From Paraspadella gotoi (taxonomy: Eukaryota > Animalia > Chaetognatha), in the NCBI GenBank assembly GCA_051294375.1, contig CM119264.1:8802764-8866763 (forward strand): 64,000 bases of DNA. The letters are read 5' to 3'. Under the pieces are notes generated by a model, which ran no database searches, was not told where the DNA came from, and saw nothing but the letters and a program-made list of their open reading frames with translations. Both the position numbers and the translations under genes were made by a program. Each line of letters starts with the position of its first letter. Within the stretch, counting starts at the first letter, position 1. Shown here piece after piece: positions 1 to 13,685 of this stretch.

Positions 1-63
1 GTCTATAGTTTCATCGGCCCCGCCCTGCTGTCACAGACACGGTGTTCACCGCGGCTGTCTCAC

Positions 64-189
64 CTCCCCCCCTCTATCCCGTACTGTTACCGGAATCGCT
101 TCCATGGGGCAAACGACTTCGGGACCGAAGTGTAGACGAACCATCGTGGTGTGACGAATTTTTCCTTCGGCGAAAGATGGAGATCGGAC
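64..189 (-). CDS. Internal exon of IgSF gene (Ig G-strand/linker and start of next domain): VRSPSFAEGKIRHTTMVRLHFGPEVVCPMEAIPVTVRDRGGE
   Basis: Minus strand: acceptor attttag| and donor GAG|GTGAGA; 126 nt, open, phase 0-0. It joins in frame to exon 7967-7821. 'TTMVRLHFGPEV' resembles the inter-Ig linker pattern (L-x-V-x-[YF]-x-P). Confidence 0.6.
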
Positions 190-1607
190 CTAAAATGTTG
201 AGGGGGAACCTTTTAAGTGATTCATTACTTATAAATTATGAGTTTATGATTTGTTTCGTTCTTGATTGTCTCATTTACTCTTTAACATTTTTTCACGCCA
301 TTATGAAATCATTGTTTTTATAACTTTTTGTTTTCCAATAATAATGAATTTTTTTCGTCATTTTAAGGCGTCAATAATGATTCACCAACTGATAAAACGA
401 ATAAATAATATTCAAAAGAAAATTATTATAGAATTCGTTGAATAGTAGCCATTTCTTATTAGTAATACTGGTTTTTAGTAAGGTGTCACAGTGTTTTCTT
501 CTTCACGACGAAGTGAGAGAAAAAAAAACCGAGAAAAATTTGGTTCATATTGCGTCGTCGGATATCGGAAGGTCACGGGATCGAATCATCGGAATATTTT
601 TTTTTCTTTAATATCGGCTACTGCGCCGAATGTTGATCGAGTGCAAAATTTATCAGGATGGAAATATGGAAGCCTCCATCTTTTATTCCTTTTTTTCTGC
701 CCCGAAGGTTAAATAAAAACCGAGCAGCGTTTTTGTTCAAACAAAATCCAGGACAAAGAACAAACACCGTCGGAATCAAACGTAAACAAGTCAATGTTTG
801 GTCGTCGCGGGAAACGACGATTAAAAGAAAAAAAAATAAACAAACAAAAACGAAAAACGAGAAACCGCGAAACGATCGATAGACCGACGGTGGAAAAGAA
901 TTTGGAGAAATATCACGGTTTCCTTTACTCTGTCGTATAAGTGAAAGCTATTGCAAATGAAGAAATAGCAAGGTCGCTCGTTTTTAACTAACTGAAATGG
1001 TTCTGCCATTTTTTGATGTTCATTCGAAGTTGATCAGCTGGATTTAAAGGAAAGGAATGATGTAAAAATGAAGCAATCGTTCATCGCGGCGGCTCCCCAC
1101 TTTTGTATGAGGAGCAGAGGACAAAAGCTGGACGTCTTTCTTTTACGAGGATTATGAACGAAGTTCACTGTAGATTTTTTACATCTCACTCCAATCTTTT
1201 TTAATAACATTTATATATATTGATATTTATATATATTTAGCATAACTTTTATTCACATTTAAAAATTGCACACGTTATTTTCGCGAAATGCTTTCCTCTA
1301 CCTAAATTTATTAGTTTCATTTCGAATGTCAAATATATTATATATGGTTTTGTGTCACCAAAAAAAGGAAGTTGATGCGAGAAAAAGCCTCTTTCTTCCA
1401 TCGAAGTCTAATACAAGCGAAACGGTGGCCGCGATTTCGTCCAAACTGCCAAGTAAATCACAGGTTTATTGCCCGCATTCTTTTCCTATGCCCGACTTTT
1501 TTATTTTTTGGGGCTGATTCTTAGTACGATCCTTTTTTACCGTTTACTATATTCCATCTCCGCACGTTTATTTCTCTCTCTCTCTTCCTCTCTCCTCTCT
1601 CTCTCTT

Positions 1608-1646
<39 letters not shown>

Positions 1647-2499
1647 CTCTCATCTCTCTCTCTCTTCTCTCCTCTTTCTCTCTCCTCATCTCGTGGGCTC
1701 GCCTGCAAGAGAACCACGTCTGAGTCCCACTTTTTACCTGAAACGTGAGATGCAGAATCTTCTTCTTGAGAAATATATTTTCCTTTTATTTATTATTTTG
1801 AGTTTCCATCAAATTCACTATTTATTTTAGTTTACGCTCTTAATCCCATTTCGCTATTCTTTTTTTATTTCCTTTCCCGCTCATCTTTTGTTCTTTAGCG
1901 TCTTTGTCTTTCTCTATCTCCCTTCTTCTTTCGACGCCCCCTCTTTCTCTCTCTCTTTTCCCATCTACCTCCCTCCCTCCTCCTCCCTCTTTCGGCCTTT
2001 TTATCGCTGTTGCGTTTTCTGTCTTTATTTCTGTCATTTTCTGTCTGAAAAGACAAACTATTCTGGCGAAAAGACGACTTTTTGTTCTTCCCTGTCGTCG
2101 GTCCCTTCGTGAGAGGGATCGGCTTTGGCGGGAAAGGGGGCCCGCGGTGAATCCAAGATGGCAGAGCGATTCGGGGAAAGAGGGCAGAGCCCAAAGACAA
2201 AAGAAGGAGGTAAAGAGAAAAGGAGCATCGGGTTTAAAAATAAGAAGAAAAACGGGCAAAGAACATTACAACAAAGGGTAGGGGCCGGCGCCAGCCTTAA
2301 AGCGTTGGGAGAAAATGTCAAAAGAGAAGGTGGAAAAAATAAGAAGGCAACGACGTTGAGAGAAAGTGATAAAGCCAATAGTAAACGTGTAAATTACAGA
2401 GTTTGCGATGACATTCTGAGGCGAAGGGAGAGGAAGGTAAGGGAGATTATCAACCCCGAAAGCNNNNNNNNNNNNNNNNNNNNNNNNNAGGAGCGGACG

Positions 2500-3240
2500 C
2501 AGTGGAGAGGAGGCGACGAATAGCGGGAGAGAGACGCGAGAGAGAGAGAGACAGACGAGGAGAGATGAGACGTGCATAACTGATTGGGGTGCCTGCGCCA
2601 CGCTCCGCTGAGTTTATCGGATGGAAGCGGAAAAAAAAAAAAAAAAAAAAAAAAATAAAAAAAAAAAGAATTTGTGAATAAGGATCTGAGTATTGATGTT
2701 AGGCAACCGGGGAGCGGGAGGAAGACGAGAGAAAGAGCCGAGACGCGAGAGAGACGGAGGACGGAGAGGAGGAGACGGAGATGAGAGAGACTGAGAGAGA
2801 GACGAGAGAGAAGAGAGAAAGAGAGAGAGAGAGAAGACGGTGGTGAAGGATGGGTGCGACGTCGTGAGTTTACGATGGAAGCGGAAAAAAAAAAAAAAAA
2901 AGAATTGTGTGAATAAAGATTGAGTAATGAGGTTAGGCAACCGGGAAGCGGAAAGAGAAGGAGAACAAGACCGAGACGAGGAGGAAGAGTCGAGAGAGAG
3001 ACGAGAAAGGAGAGAGACGAAGAGAGAGGAGACGGTGGTGAATGGAGGGTGCCGAACGGTCGTGAGTTACGATGGAAGCTGGAAAAAAAAAAAAAGAATT
3101 GTAATAAGGATTGAGTAATAGTTAGGCAACGGGAGCGGAAGAAGAAGAGAAGAGAGAAGAGAGAGAGGGGAGGAGAGAGAAGAGAGAGAGAGAGAGATGA
3201 AGACGAGAGAGAAAGGAGAGAGAGAGAGAAGAGAGAGAGA
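2500..3240 (+). repeat. Degenerate tandem repeat, ~3.5 copies of a 200-250 bp unit containing poly-A and (GA)n
   Basis: The block 'gatggaagcggaaaa(A)n gaattgt..aataaggattgagta..gttaggcaaccggg' recurs at ~2620, ~2874 and ~3071. The array starts just after a 25-N gap. Confidence 0.85.
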
Positions 3241-4581
3241 GCGTCAATTGATGGCTCTCGCTCCGGCAAAAGTTGCCTTCGACTCCCGGGAAAACAAAGA
3301 AATAAATGTCCAAACCTTTTCTCGTATATTTGCGTTCATTCTCGCTTTTCTTTCTCCGTCTTTTTGCTTTCATTTTATTCTTTTATTCATTTTACGCAGT
3401 TTTATTTTTATTACTGTATTTATCATAGTTTTAATTCATAACTTCTCTTTTTTTTGGCAGATCTTTTTTCACTGTTTGTTTCACCGAAGCAATTTTTCAA
3501 TTGGCTTATTTATTCCAGTTACAATTCTTTTAATCTTTCACCATTTTTTTATAAACTCTGTCCAAACTACCATGGCGCCGACACCAACAGCGGATTAGGA
3601 CGACTCTTTCATTGTTGCGCGATTCGCGCAAGGGGATCTGCAATCGGTCGATGGCGACGCTACGCTTTGTGCCTCCGTTCCCTGGCCGAAATTGTCTCGA
3701 TTTGGAGTGAGTTATGAACGGTTGATTCCAAAAAATCGAATCCGACGCCGATTTGTAATCCGTCTCGCTCAATCTCATATATATTGTGCGATGGCGAAAA
3801 TCCGAAATGGAATCTGAATTTGTCTGGAACCCTTTGCTTTGATCAGATCTCTGTTTGTATGAACGTATGTAAATTAACGTCTTGATAAAAAACTAGTTTG
3901 AACTGTGTGTTTGTTTTTTTTGGTGTTTTTTAAATTAAAAAATTGTATTTTCATATCATTCACAGAGATACAAGGTTTTGTGTAGTTTTAAATGATATCG
4001 TGGTTCAAATTCGTGGTTTAAGGTTTAAGTTGTGATTCATTAAGCAGAGAGACGTACCCTCTGTTTGGGTCTCAAGCGGAGAAGACATAAATCCTTTAAA
4101 CCTTTAATCCTTTTGCACATTGATAGTCTCCCCCCGTGACTCTCATTTTCATTCCTTTTCTATCCATTCACTTCTTTTTTCCCTTTACTTTCACACAATG
4201 AAACTTTAACTCGAACTGATATGATGACTTCTTTACTTTGCTGGTTTTCAATAATAATTTCCACCCTATTGTTTTCGCAATTACATAAATCAATTTTTTT
4301 ATCTTCTTTGACACGATTGTACAACCCATTTTTTGTGCGCTCCCTCTTGTCTCCACTAATTTTGTTCTCCAAAATCACTTTGTATTAATTTTTCTTTTTC
4401 AGTTTAATTTCCTATTCAATTTATCTCCTTCAGTTATTCCGTGCTCTCCTTACTACTAGTCTCGAGCTAGTTTTTTCTATTCACTCTGGCTCTCTCTGTC
4501 TTTCTCTAACCGGCTCTTTTTTTTCTTGATCAATCACACCTCTCTCCTCTCTCCTTCTCTCTCTCTCTCTTCTCTCCTCTT

Positions 4582-4620
<39 letters not shown>

Positions 4621-7600
4621 ACTTCACCAAACCAAATTGGCGGCACGAAGGCGCGACGCGGCGACTCACGTTGAGACGGAAGGGAGACGTCGGCTGCCTT
4701 CGTTCTCGTGGATCGGGGGTTGGCGGGGAAGGTGGATGAGACGGAACGCGCAGGGTTCCGGCTGGGGTGCGAACCGGACGGGATGTCGAGGCAAGATGGA
4801 TACGGGAATTGAGGATGTGGACTAGGGTATTGAAGGTCAGGAGGAGGGCAAGAGGTGAGTCGATATGCAGGCTACGGGCAGGCGAAAAAAGAGGGAAGTA
4901 AGGCTGTTGGCTCAGATGGCGGGCCGGCGCAAGAAAGGAGGGGGGCCAAGAAACGATGAGACGAAGTCGAAAGCAACGAGGAAGGGTTAAACACAATCAA
5001 AGGCAAGGCGCAGCCGGGGCACGCAATGAAGCTCGGGGTGCCCGGTGCCCTGCGGTCCAACAATGGCATAGCCACCACAACCAAACCCACACACCACAAC
5101 CCACGGTCCCACACGTCATTTTCCGCGGTGCGCGCAAACGCCGTCGCGCGGAGAGGAAGAGCACGTAAAGCCGCCCGGCGATGGGAGGAGGAAAGAAAAG
5201 CCTACCCTCTCCTCGGCCTGCGCGCTCGCGTCTCCCGGGCGGCGTCGCGCCCGCCGCTCTCTTCTCTCCCCCTTCCCCCTCTCTCTTGTCCTCCCTTTTT
5301 CCGTCTCCAAACGGTTATTCTTTCAAATTTTCCGGGCTGAACCTAAGGCATGAGGGGTCAGCGGGAAACCATGTTAACAAGCTCGTAGACCGTGAATGTC
5401 CCGAAGCGCTTCTTGTGGAGTAGGGGATCCGGGGTTTCTCCATGTCTCAGTTATACTTTCATATGATCTGTTCCTTCTTGATTTACTCAGTAAAGGATCA
5501 ACGCGGGAGTTAGTAAGCCTTCGGATGCACATTATATAGATGTCTCATCTTACGTATAGTCTGACAGAATAGTAAAGTGGACGAATCTCTCTCGGTGGAA
5601 GATCAGTTTTTCGATTTTCTGACAGGGAACCCGAAGAGATCCTCTCCCTATGGCCTGTATAGTGGTGATTACTCTCTTCTGGGTTTGCATAGCTGCGTCT
5701 CGACCGATTCGTGACTATCAGTGCTGGATATCTTATAATAGATTTTTACTCTCTCGTTCTTCGATTTACATTTACAAAAAGACTTATTCAACAGATAAAA
5801 ATAACGACAATAAATGCAAACCCTTACTAACATTTCTTCTCTAGTTCTCTTTCCATTATTTCGCACAATCTCTCTTATAAAATCGAATCAAACGCCAATA
5901 TACCATAATGCTACTCAGTTAATATTCTCTTCACACATCTCTGTATTACAAGTAAGATATTATACTAATCTCCTCAGTCGTTAATATGTTCTGAGACCTA
6001 CTCGTGGGATATCACGGCGATGTCTGTGCTTTGAAAAATTTTCAGTTCGACCAAATTTTCGACCTGTGAAAATATTCCTTCTCCCGTCATCCTATCGACT
6101 AGTCCGTCATCCCAGTTAGCAGTATTCGTCCTCATATGGATCTCATCTTCGGCACTATTAAGAGGCTCAAGCTCGATGTTATGGCGGTACAATACATCTT
6201 ATCTCTCCGAGGTGTATATGCGAAACGTATAGAAATAGAATTTTGTATGGAAATGCTTCCAATCCCAGTAGTTTTTTTAAAACTTAATAAATGATACATA
6301 TAAGATGATCATATAGCTAATTGATATACCACAGATCGTATGTGAATAGCGCCACCAAAGCCGTCTTTTACTAGTGACTGGCTGCTAGTCCGTTTGAATT
6401 ACATAGTATCCTCTTTTGTTGTTCTTCCCGATATCGGACCTACCTCTATGCCTATGCGAACACAATCAATCTTATTTCAGCGTTATCGAACACTTAGATT
6501 AGTAATAATTTTCGATTGCATGGCTGTTGTAAAATCGCTTAATATGACAGATCTCCCGTTAAACAAACTCTTATTACACATCTAGAATATTGGGCTCGGT
6601 TATGCAGAGTATTATATTCTACTTCTAATTGTAAAGCTCTACAATTTACTGCGGCTCTTCTTTACGTACCCTTAGCTCATATCTGTTTTTTGCTGTATAA
6701 AAGTAACTCAATGTTTATCATTGATACTTCGTGATGATAATAGACGTACATCCATATCAATGATTATATCGTATAGTTTAGATCCTATTTCTTCAGAAAA
6801 AAATAAACCTGATTTACGTGGCTGTGTACGTAAGAACTGCTCAAACTAATGGTCTATCCCACAAACTCATTTCATTTGATTATGTCGCCTCCGAAAGCCG
6901 TTCTAAGCCCAATCATCTCGAAAAAGTGTCGGGCCGTGTCTGCTTCTGCCTGGAATTAAAACGCAAGTTCATCCTAACATCCTAGTCGTAACTAGAGTAG
7001 CACTTACTCTCCCTATTATCTGCTTCTAACTGCTGAGGAGCATTGTCCCTGCTGATCGTAACTACTTCACCATCTCCATCTCTGTACATTGGCGATAATC
7101 TTCTTCGTTGAGTAATAAGCTCTGCTTCTTTTCACCCGACACACATCCATTGAGTTGCCCTCTGTTTGCTATGCTTCCTCGTAAATTGCCCTCTCTCTTT
7201 CTTCTCAGAAGCTACCTTTGCTCAATCGTTCTCAGCGGCAGCCCTTGTGTTACCTCAGTCTTCTTTCCCATTCCTTATATGCCTTACGTCAGATAGTGGT
7301 GATTGTGTGAAGTGCCATGGCGTATTATATCATTAAACATACAAATGACGACGATCTTAGAAATATTCCGTAAGATTTTTAGTTTTAGTATCTACCATAC
7401 AACTATGAATTCTCCCTGCCGTCCGGCATAATTACTTTACTGTATTCGTGAGTTGACATTTCTCGCGGTGCGTTATTGAGTGATCTATCTAACGTGCAGA
7501 CATTTCGAATTCAGATATTAGGCGAATTCGCTAGAAATTCGCCTCACACGTATGAGACTGATCGTGAACACAGCTCGCTTCCCATGATGACGTTGGACAG

Positions 7601-7820
7601 ACTAGTACTCGTTCACCAAGGCCGTACTCATCCGGCGTATGCCATTCACTTCACGGTCACGTTGGTTTAAAGTCTGATGTTCGGCATAAACAAATGCCAG
7701 TGAGCTGGCGAGGTCACTGCAGGTCCAAAGGCCCTAAAGACGCCAGCTGTCGCGAGATGCCTTAGACCCGGACATCACACATGCCTACTCGTTGCCAAAA
7801 TTGATATGTCGGCATCTAAC

Positions 7821-7967
7821 CTGGAATGTGACGAGATACTCGAGCTTGAGCCTCTTGTCGAAGATGGTCCGGTTGAGGACGATCTTGCACTGGATGCCCT
7901 GTGGGTGAGGGTAAGTTCGCTGGTCGACGATCGAATTTTCAACGACGTCGCCGGATCCGTCTTCGAC
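7821..7967 (-). CDS. Internal exon, probably IgSF C2-set-like domain: VEDGSGDVVENSIVDQRTYPHPQGIQCKIVLNRTIFDKRLKLEYLVTFQ
   Basis: Acceptor tcatctcatttcgttgaag| and donor CAG|GTTAGA; 147 nt = 49 codons, phase 0-0, with complex protein-like composition (ORF 7785..7973 -). Confidence 0.65.
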
Positions 7968-8323
7968 CTTCAACGAAATGAGATGAATTAACTTACTTTT
8001 TCGAAATGCGATGAATTAACTTACTTGCATTTGTATTTTCGACTTTTAAAAGTTGGAATTAAATGAATGCGATATCAAAAAAATGTATAGTTTACATTTA
8101 TTGTTGGGTATTTTCATTTTGATAATACTTTATGTAATCAAGGTGAAATAAATATTTGTATCCCTCCTTAGTTACTACTCGGCACCCACATCAACCCACA
8201 GTTTCCTCGACTACGTATTTTCTTGTTCCCTGTCAGAAAAAAAAATGATTTCCATCGAAATTTCCTTTTTTTTTTCATTCGAATGAACGATTCATATTCC
8301 GAAGCTACTAACTCCCCGTTGAC

Positions 8324-8489
8324 CTTCGAGTAAAAAAAAAAGGACATGTCGAATCGCCCGCCCCCCTCCACCGCCGCCTCCCCCCGTCTCTCCGTTAGGC
8401 CTTCCTCCCCGGAACTGAATTCGATCGGGAGGGATTTCCACGCAAGCGACTGCGTTACGCCATCCATAAGTTTAGGCCTCATTTCGTTT
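8324..8489 (-). CDS. Candidate exon (NEMRPKLMDGVTQSLAWKSLPIEF...FYSK)
   Basis: Good acceptor cttttcctcgtag| and an open frame. The weak donor AAG|GTCAAC gives a phase-0 join to exon 7967. 'SLAWK' could be an Ig C-strand Trp. The 3' boundary is uncertain. Confidence 0.3.
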
Positions 8490-11020
8490 CTACGAGGAAA
8501 AGTTGCNNNNNNNNNNNNNNNNNNNNNNNNNNNGAGAGACAAAATAGAAGAACAAGAGCGAGTAGATAGAGAGAGAGAGAAAGATGATAGATGAGAGAGG
8601 ACGAAGGACCGAAGACGGAGATGGAGGATGAGAGATGAGAGAGACGGAGAGAGATTCTTTGCCTCGCTTCCCTCTCGCGGCATCCCGCGTTCCAGATCCA
8701 TGATTAAAATCGTGCTCTCTCTCTCTCTCTCTCTCTCTGTATCGAATAGCTCGAGACACCGACAGATGGCATCACTCGTTATCACACCCACTTATTTCTC
8801 CGTTTCTTAAGATATGACTCAAACTAATTTCTTGGAGTATCAAGAGTTCATATTGTATTAAACCTATTTCTTTAGCTCATTCAGTAATTGCCGCCTAAGT
8901 TTTAGGCCTTTATTCTCAGGTGACCTTTACAATAAACGTCGCAGAGAAGCCCGCCATCTCATTATCGTTACCTTTCTTCGGCCATCTTCCCATAAACCGT
9001 CCTCCGCCCCTTCATAATTCTCTTCTTCCTCCTTTCATAATTTCCTTCTATTTTCTTCCTCTTCTGCTTTTTCTCCTGCTTTTTCTTCTTCTTCTTCTTC
9101 CTCGCCTCCTCTTCCTCCTCCTCATTATCCTGTGGAGTCCATTCCTCGTTAGAGGAAAAAGGAAAGGGAAATCTGAATGATGTCTCGAGAGCAAAGAAAA
9201 ATGGAGACGAGATATTTTTTTTTCTTTTCTTTTTTGTTTTTCTTTTTTCTTTTATTTTTCCTCATTCTTTCTTTTTCTCTCTCCCATTCTTTACCAGCTC
9301 TTTGCTTGGCCTCGGAAATTGATGAGGTTGTGTTTTCTCATATTATCTATATGATTCATTTCTCCATAAGTACATATCCTCCCCCCTCCCTCTCCCCCTC
9401 TTTCTTTTTTTCTTTTTCTTTCTTTGTCTCCTTTAATACAATTCCGAACATCTGCCTCCGACGAGCATGACGAGAATCTGTTAAAATGATTTCGACATTT
9501 TATTTCTCTTTTCATTTGATTTCATTTTCCTTTTTAGCTCCTCATCGAAGAGACGGGGACAATTTTTGAAAAGTTATGCTTTGTTAAATATTGTCATTGG
9601 TGCAGTGGTATAAAAATTTTACCTAAACTGATTCACGATGAAACAACAAAAAAGGTCAAAATTTTTTTTTGCTGTTTATTTGTTGTATGAGTGTTTTAAA
9701 TGATTTCATGTCATTCATAGAGACTCCTAAGGTTCCTAGGTACAAGCTTTATCCATAAAAAACTAAAAAAAAAACGAACTCGTGTGTTGATAATTCTAAA
9801 AATTTCAGTGAGAAAAAATGATCATTTGACGAAACGTATGGGAATTCATTTGTCAAGAACTGTCAAGGTAGAGTCGGCGTCATACAAGTTGGCGGGAAAA
9901 GCTGAGAGCGGGAAAAAAAGTCATATGCAGCAAGTTGGAAAAAAAGAGTCGGGAAAATAGATAGATCTTGGAAAATAGAAAGTAAGACAGAACGAAAGAG
10001 AGAACGTTATGAAAGAGGCCAAAAAAAACCTGTAAAGCAACTATCGTAAATTAAGCTTTTCCCCGGTTGATAGAAAGAGAGAAAGATTGAATAACAACCA
10101 TTGTTAAACTAAGAAAAGAAAAACATAAATAGAAGAGTAATAAATTAAGAAAGTTATAAAAAATAAGGGACAAGAGAATATCGGTCTGCTATCCTGAAAT
10201 ATGTAATTGAATTAACTACACTAATGTATATTAAAAGTATTTATGAAAAAAAGTGGAAATGTCAAGGAGACTTAATTTATTGATGCATGGATTGTGAAGG
10301 CGGTGAACATCTGAGCCCCTCTCGCACTAATTTTTCCTGTTAATTCCATTTTCTTCCAAAGCATTATAGGTAGTAATTATTTAATTTTTTTTCCTTCTCC
10401 GACTGCCGCCTATTTCTCGGTTTATTTTTCCGTCTATTTTATTACCTCACCGTTACTCTTTAACGATACTTTCTTTTTATCTTCTTTTCAGCCTCGACTT
10501 TCTTTTTTTTCATTTTTTTTTCTCTCTCTCACCTTTAATCGTTTACCTTTTTCCTTTCTTTTCTTTCTCTTCTGTATTTTTGCCTGCAACGGTTTCTTTT
10601 CCACACGNNNNNNNNNNNNNNNNNNNNNNNNNNNNNNNNNNNNNNNNNNNNNNNNNNNNNNNNNNNNNNNNNNNNNNNNNNNNNNNNNNNNNNNNNNNNN
10701 NNNNNNNNNNNNNNNNNNNNNNNNNNNNNNNNNNNNNNNNNNNNNNNNNNNNNNNNNNNNNNNNNNNNNNNNNNNNNNNNNNNNNNNNNNNNNNNNNNTC
10801 TCTCCCGCCCGTGATTCGTCTTAACACAACATGACTTCTCCTTTCAATTTACGCATAGAATTGAATTTTCGTTCCTTTCAAGAATTAGGTCCGCCGTCGA
10901 CTCCGTCCCGTTCGCTTTTATTCTTTTCTCAAATTTATCTCCGTTTTATTCGAATTAGGCCTGACGTCGTCGCGGTGGTCGTCGTCTTCGTCGTCAACGT
11001 CTGAAGTAGTACTCGTGCTG

Positions 11021-11045
11021 NNNNNNNNNNNNNNNNNNNNNNNNN
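11021..11045. other. 25-N assembly gap (one of five: 2464-2488, 11021-11045, 23664-23688, 54030-54054, 55298-55322)
   Basis: Counted directly. Other gaps are at 8507-8533, 10608-10798, 25012-25021, 32495-32563 and 52236-52484. Confidence 0.95.
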
Positions 11046-12166
11046 AAAAGGAAGAGAATGTGCGGGAGAATTAAAACAAACGGAGGAATGAAGCGACAAG
11101 AGAATTTAAATGGATTTCGAGAGAAAATATATCGAACTGCGGCGACGGTCGAGAGCCGCTAGAGTTCACCATTATTCAAGTCAAACTATTCGTCTTCTTT
11201 TTATAAATTTTTAAAAACAAGAGTACTTAATTATCCGGGAGCCCTTGGCCCGCGAAGCCGGGTCAGGCTCTATATATGTTTTAGGGGTTCTTCTTTGGTG
11301 ACGTAGTCGCTCGTCGTCGACGCGTGTCGTCCGTCACGACTGTTTATATATAAAAACTACTAACGCTTTTATAGGTTCGCTGTTCGACTTTACCGTTTTT
11401 TTTTAAAAATAAAAATATTATGAATATGATAAGTTTACAAAAGTGTGCGATCATAGTAAGTTAAAATTTAGATACTGGTCTTCATCTGAATAGCTGTGAT
11501 ATTTTCATATAATCTGGATTATATTTTTGTTTGAATTTCCACTTCATCTGATTTACTGCAATATTCAAATGAGATTAAAGTACTTCCTTAATAATACTCC
11601 AAATTAGTATATAGAAGCTTTAATCTAATTTAACATATGCCAGTATATAATATTGAGATGAAATTCAAAAAATTTGTTTAACTTTTCTAATAAACTGCGG
11701 AATCAAAGGATTCTTTTTAACATGAGAAGCTATACTTAATTTAAATACACAATATAAATAATCTTTTACAACATGCGATTGGAAAAATTGAAAAATTTCC
11801 AATTGTAACACCATTGTAACATATTGCCTTTCTTTTATTCTTAAATCTATATATAGATTTTCTTCCTATATTCTGTCAGCTGCTGCTTTTTCTGAACTCT
11901 TAAAAACGAGTCAGTTTGCATGACTGTTCAGCTGGCTTGCCACCTTTCTCTTTCTTTCTGTCTCTTTGCTTCTCTCTTTTCCTCTTTCTGTCTCTCTTCT
12001 CTCTTTCTGTTCCCTCTCACTCTGTACGATGTTTGTTTTTGAAAAACTTCTGATTATTCTGTTTCCTTCTCAAAACTTTATTATGCCATTTATTCCTTCG
12101 CTTTCTTTTTCATACAAAATCCCAAATTTATATCTGAGATATAATTGGAAAGAAAAATCGGGTTTT

Positions 12167-12205
<39 letters not shown>

Positions 12206-13444
12206 TTTTTAACAAAAATGAGATAACTTTAATGATCATGCATTATACATATAAATCAGCTAATGTCGACTATTATATATGAAGCACTTCTTCGCCGATA
12301 ATATAATTCCATGCACTACATTATAAAACAAAAATTTTTGTTTTTTTTATTATTGGCAACTTTGGCCCGGTTGGCCCACTATTGGCAACATTATATCTAA
12401 TAGGAGTTGATAAGAGAGATATAGTCAAATAAGCACTTACTTTTTTTGTTATTCTGATAATTTGTACTCACTTCATTAAATCTTATAAATATTTTTTAGT
12501 GTCATATATTTATCATTTTTTAACATTCTTTTTTAAATAATAATTATTGAGTGTGATAACTATTTATAATTACATTAAACTATGCAAATATTAAATTTGA
12601 CCTCGGTCTGGTTTCTTCTAAAAAAAGGAAAATCAATCTTTTTCTCTCTATCTCTCTTTCTCTCTCTTCTCTCATCTCTCCTCTCTCTCTCTCTTTTCCT
12701 CTCTCTTTTTTTTTTTCCTTCTAAACTTTATTAATCGCCCATTTATTACCGGAGATTTTCGTGGATTTTTTTCCTTGCTAAAACTTTTATTATCCGCCAT
12801 TTATTATTTTATCTCAATACAAAATCCAAACTACAATAACTTACTAACCTAGATTTCGTGGTCGTTTGCGGAGACAACAGTACAATGGTCGAGGAACATC
12901 GACCCTAATAACGCGTTACGTGTATAAAATAAAAAATCAAACATAGACCCAATTTCACGACGGGCGTTGCGAGGCAACGGATAACCGATATAAACGAGGT
13001 GACCTAATAATGCGTCTCGTTGTGGGAAAACTCTCTCTCTTCTCTCTTTTCTCACTCTCCCTCCCTCTCTCTCCACTGCTCCGTCTTCGTCTCTCGTCTT
13101 CTCTCTCTCTCTTCTCTCTCTTTTTTTTCCTTCTAAAAACTTTTATTATCGCCCATTTATTCCGCGCTTTTTTCTCAATTAACAACACAAATTTACATCC
13201 GAGATTTTTCGGTTGGATTTTTTTTCTAAAAATTCCTGATTATCTTTATATAACGAGAGAGACCTAATAATTGCGTTCGTTGGCGGGAAAACTGTCCAGC
13301 CCTCTCTCTCGGGTCTCTCTCTCTCTCTCTCTCTCTCTTCAGTCTCTCTCTCTCTGCTCGTCTACTCCTCTCTCTCTCTCTCTCCCTCTGTTCACTTTCG
13401 ATACACGCATTTTTTGGTTTGTATTTACGGATGGAATGATGTCA

Positions 13445-13685
13445 GCGTGCGTCAATGAATCACTATCTCGGCATCAATGAATGATCTATCCATCGTATCA
13501 AATGAATGATTAGTCATCAATATTCAATGAAGACTATCATCGCATCAAAATCAATTTGATTATCATCACAAATCAGTCATTTTGTTATCATCGCCTCAAT
13601 TATTGGTTATCATCTGGCGTCAATATTTGGTTATCAATCGCAATGCAATATTTGGTTATCAATCGCATCAATATTTGGTTATCTA
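13445..13685 (-). repeat. Noisy inverted copy of the 22-bp minisatellite at 29281-29502
   Basis: Repeated 'aatatttggttatc(a)atcgc' units. Confidence 0.8.
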
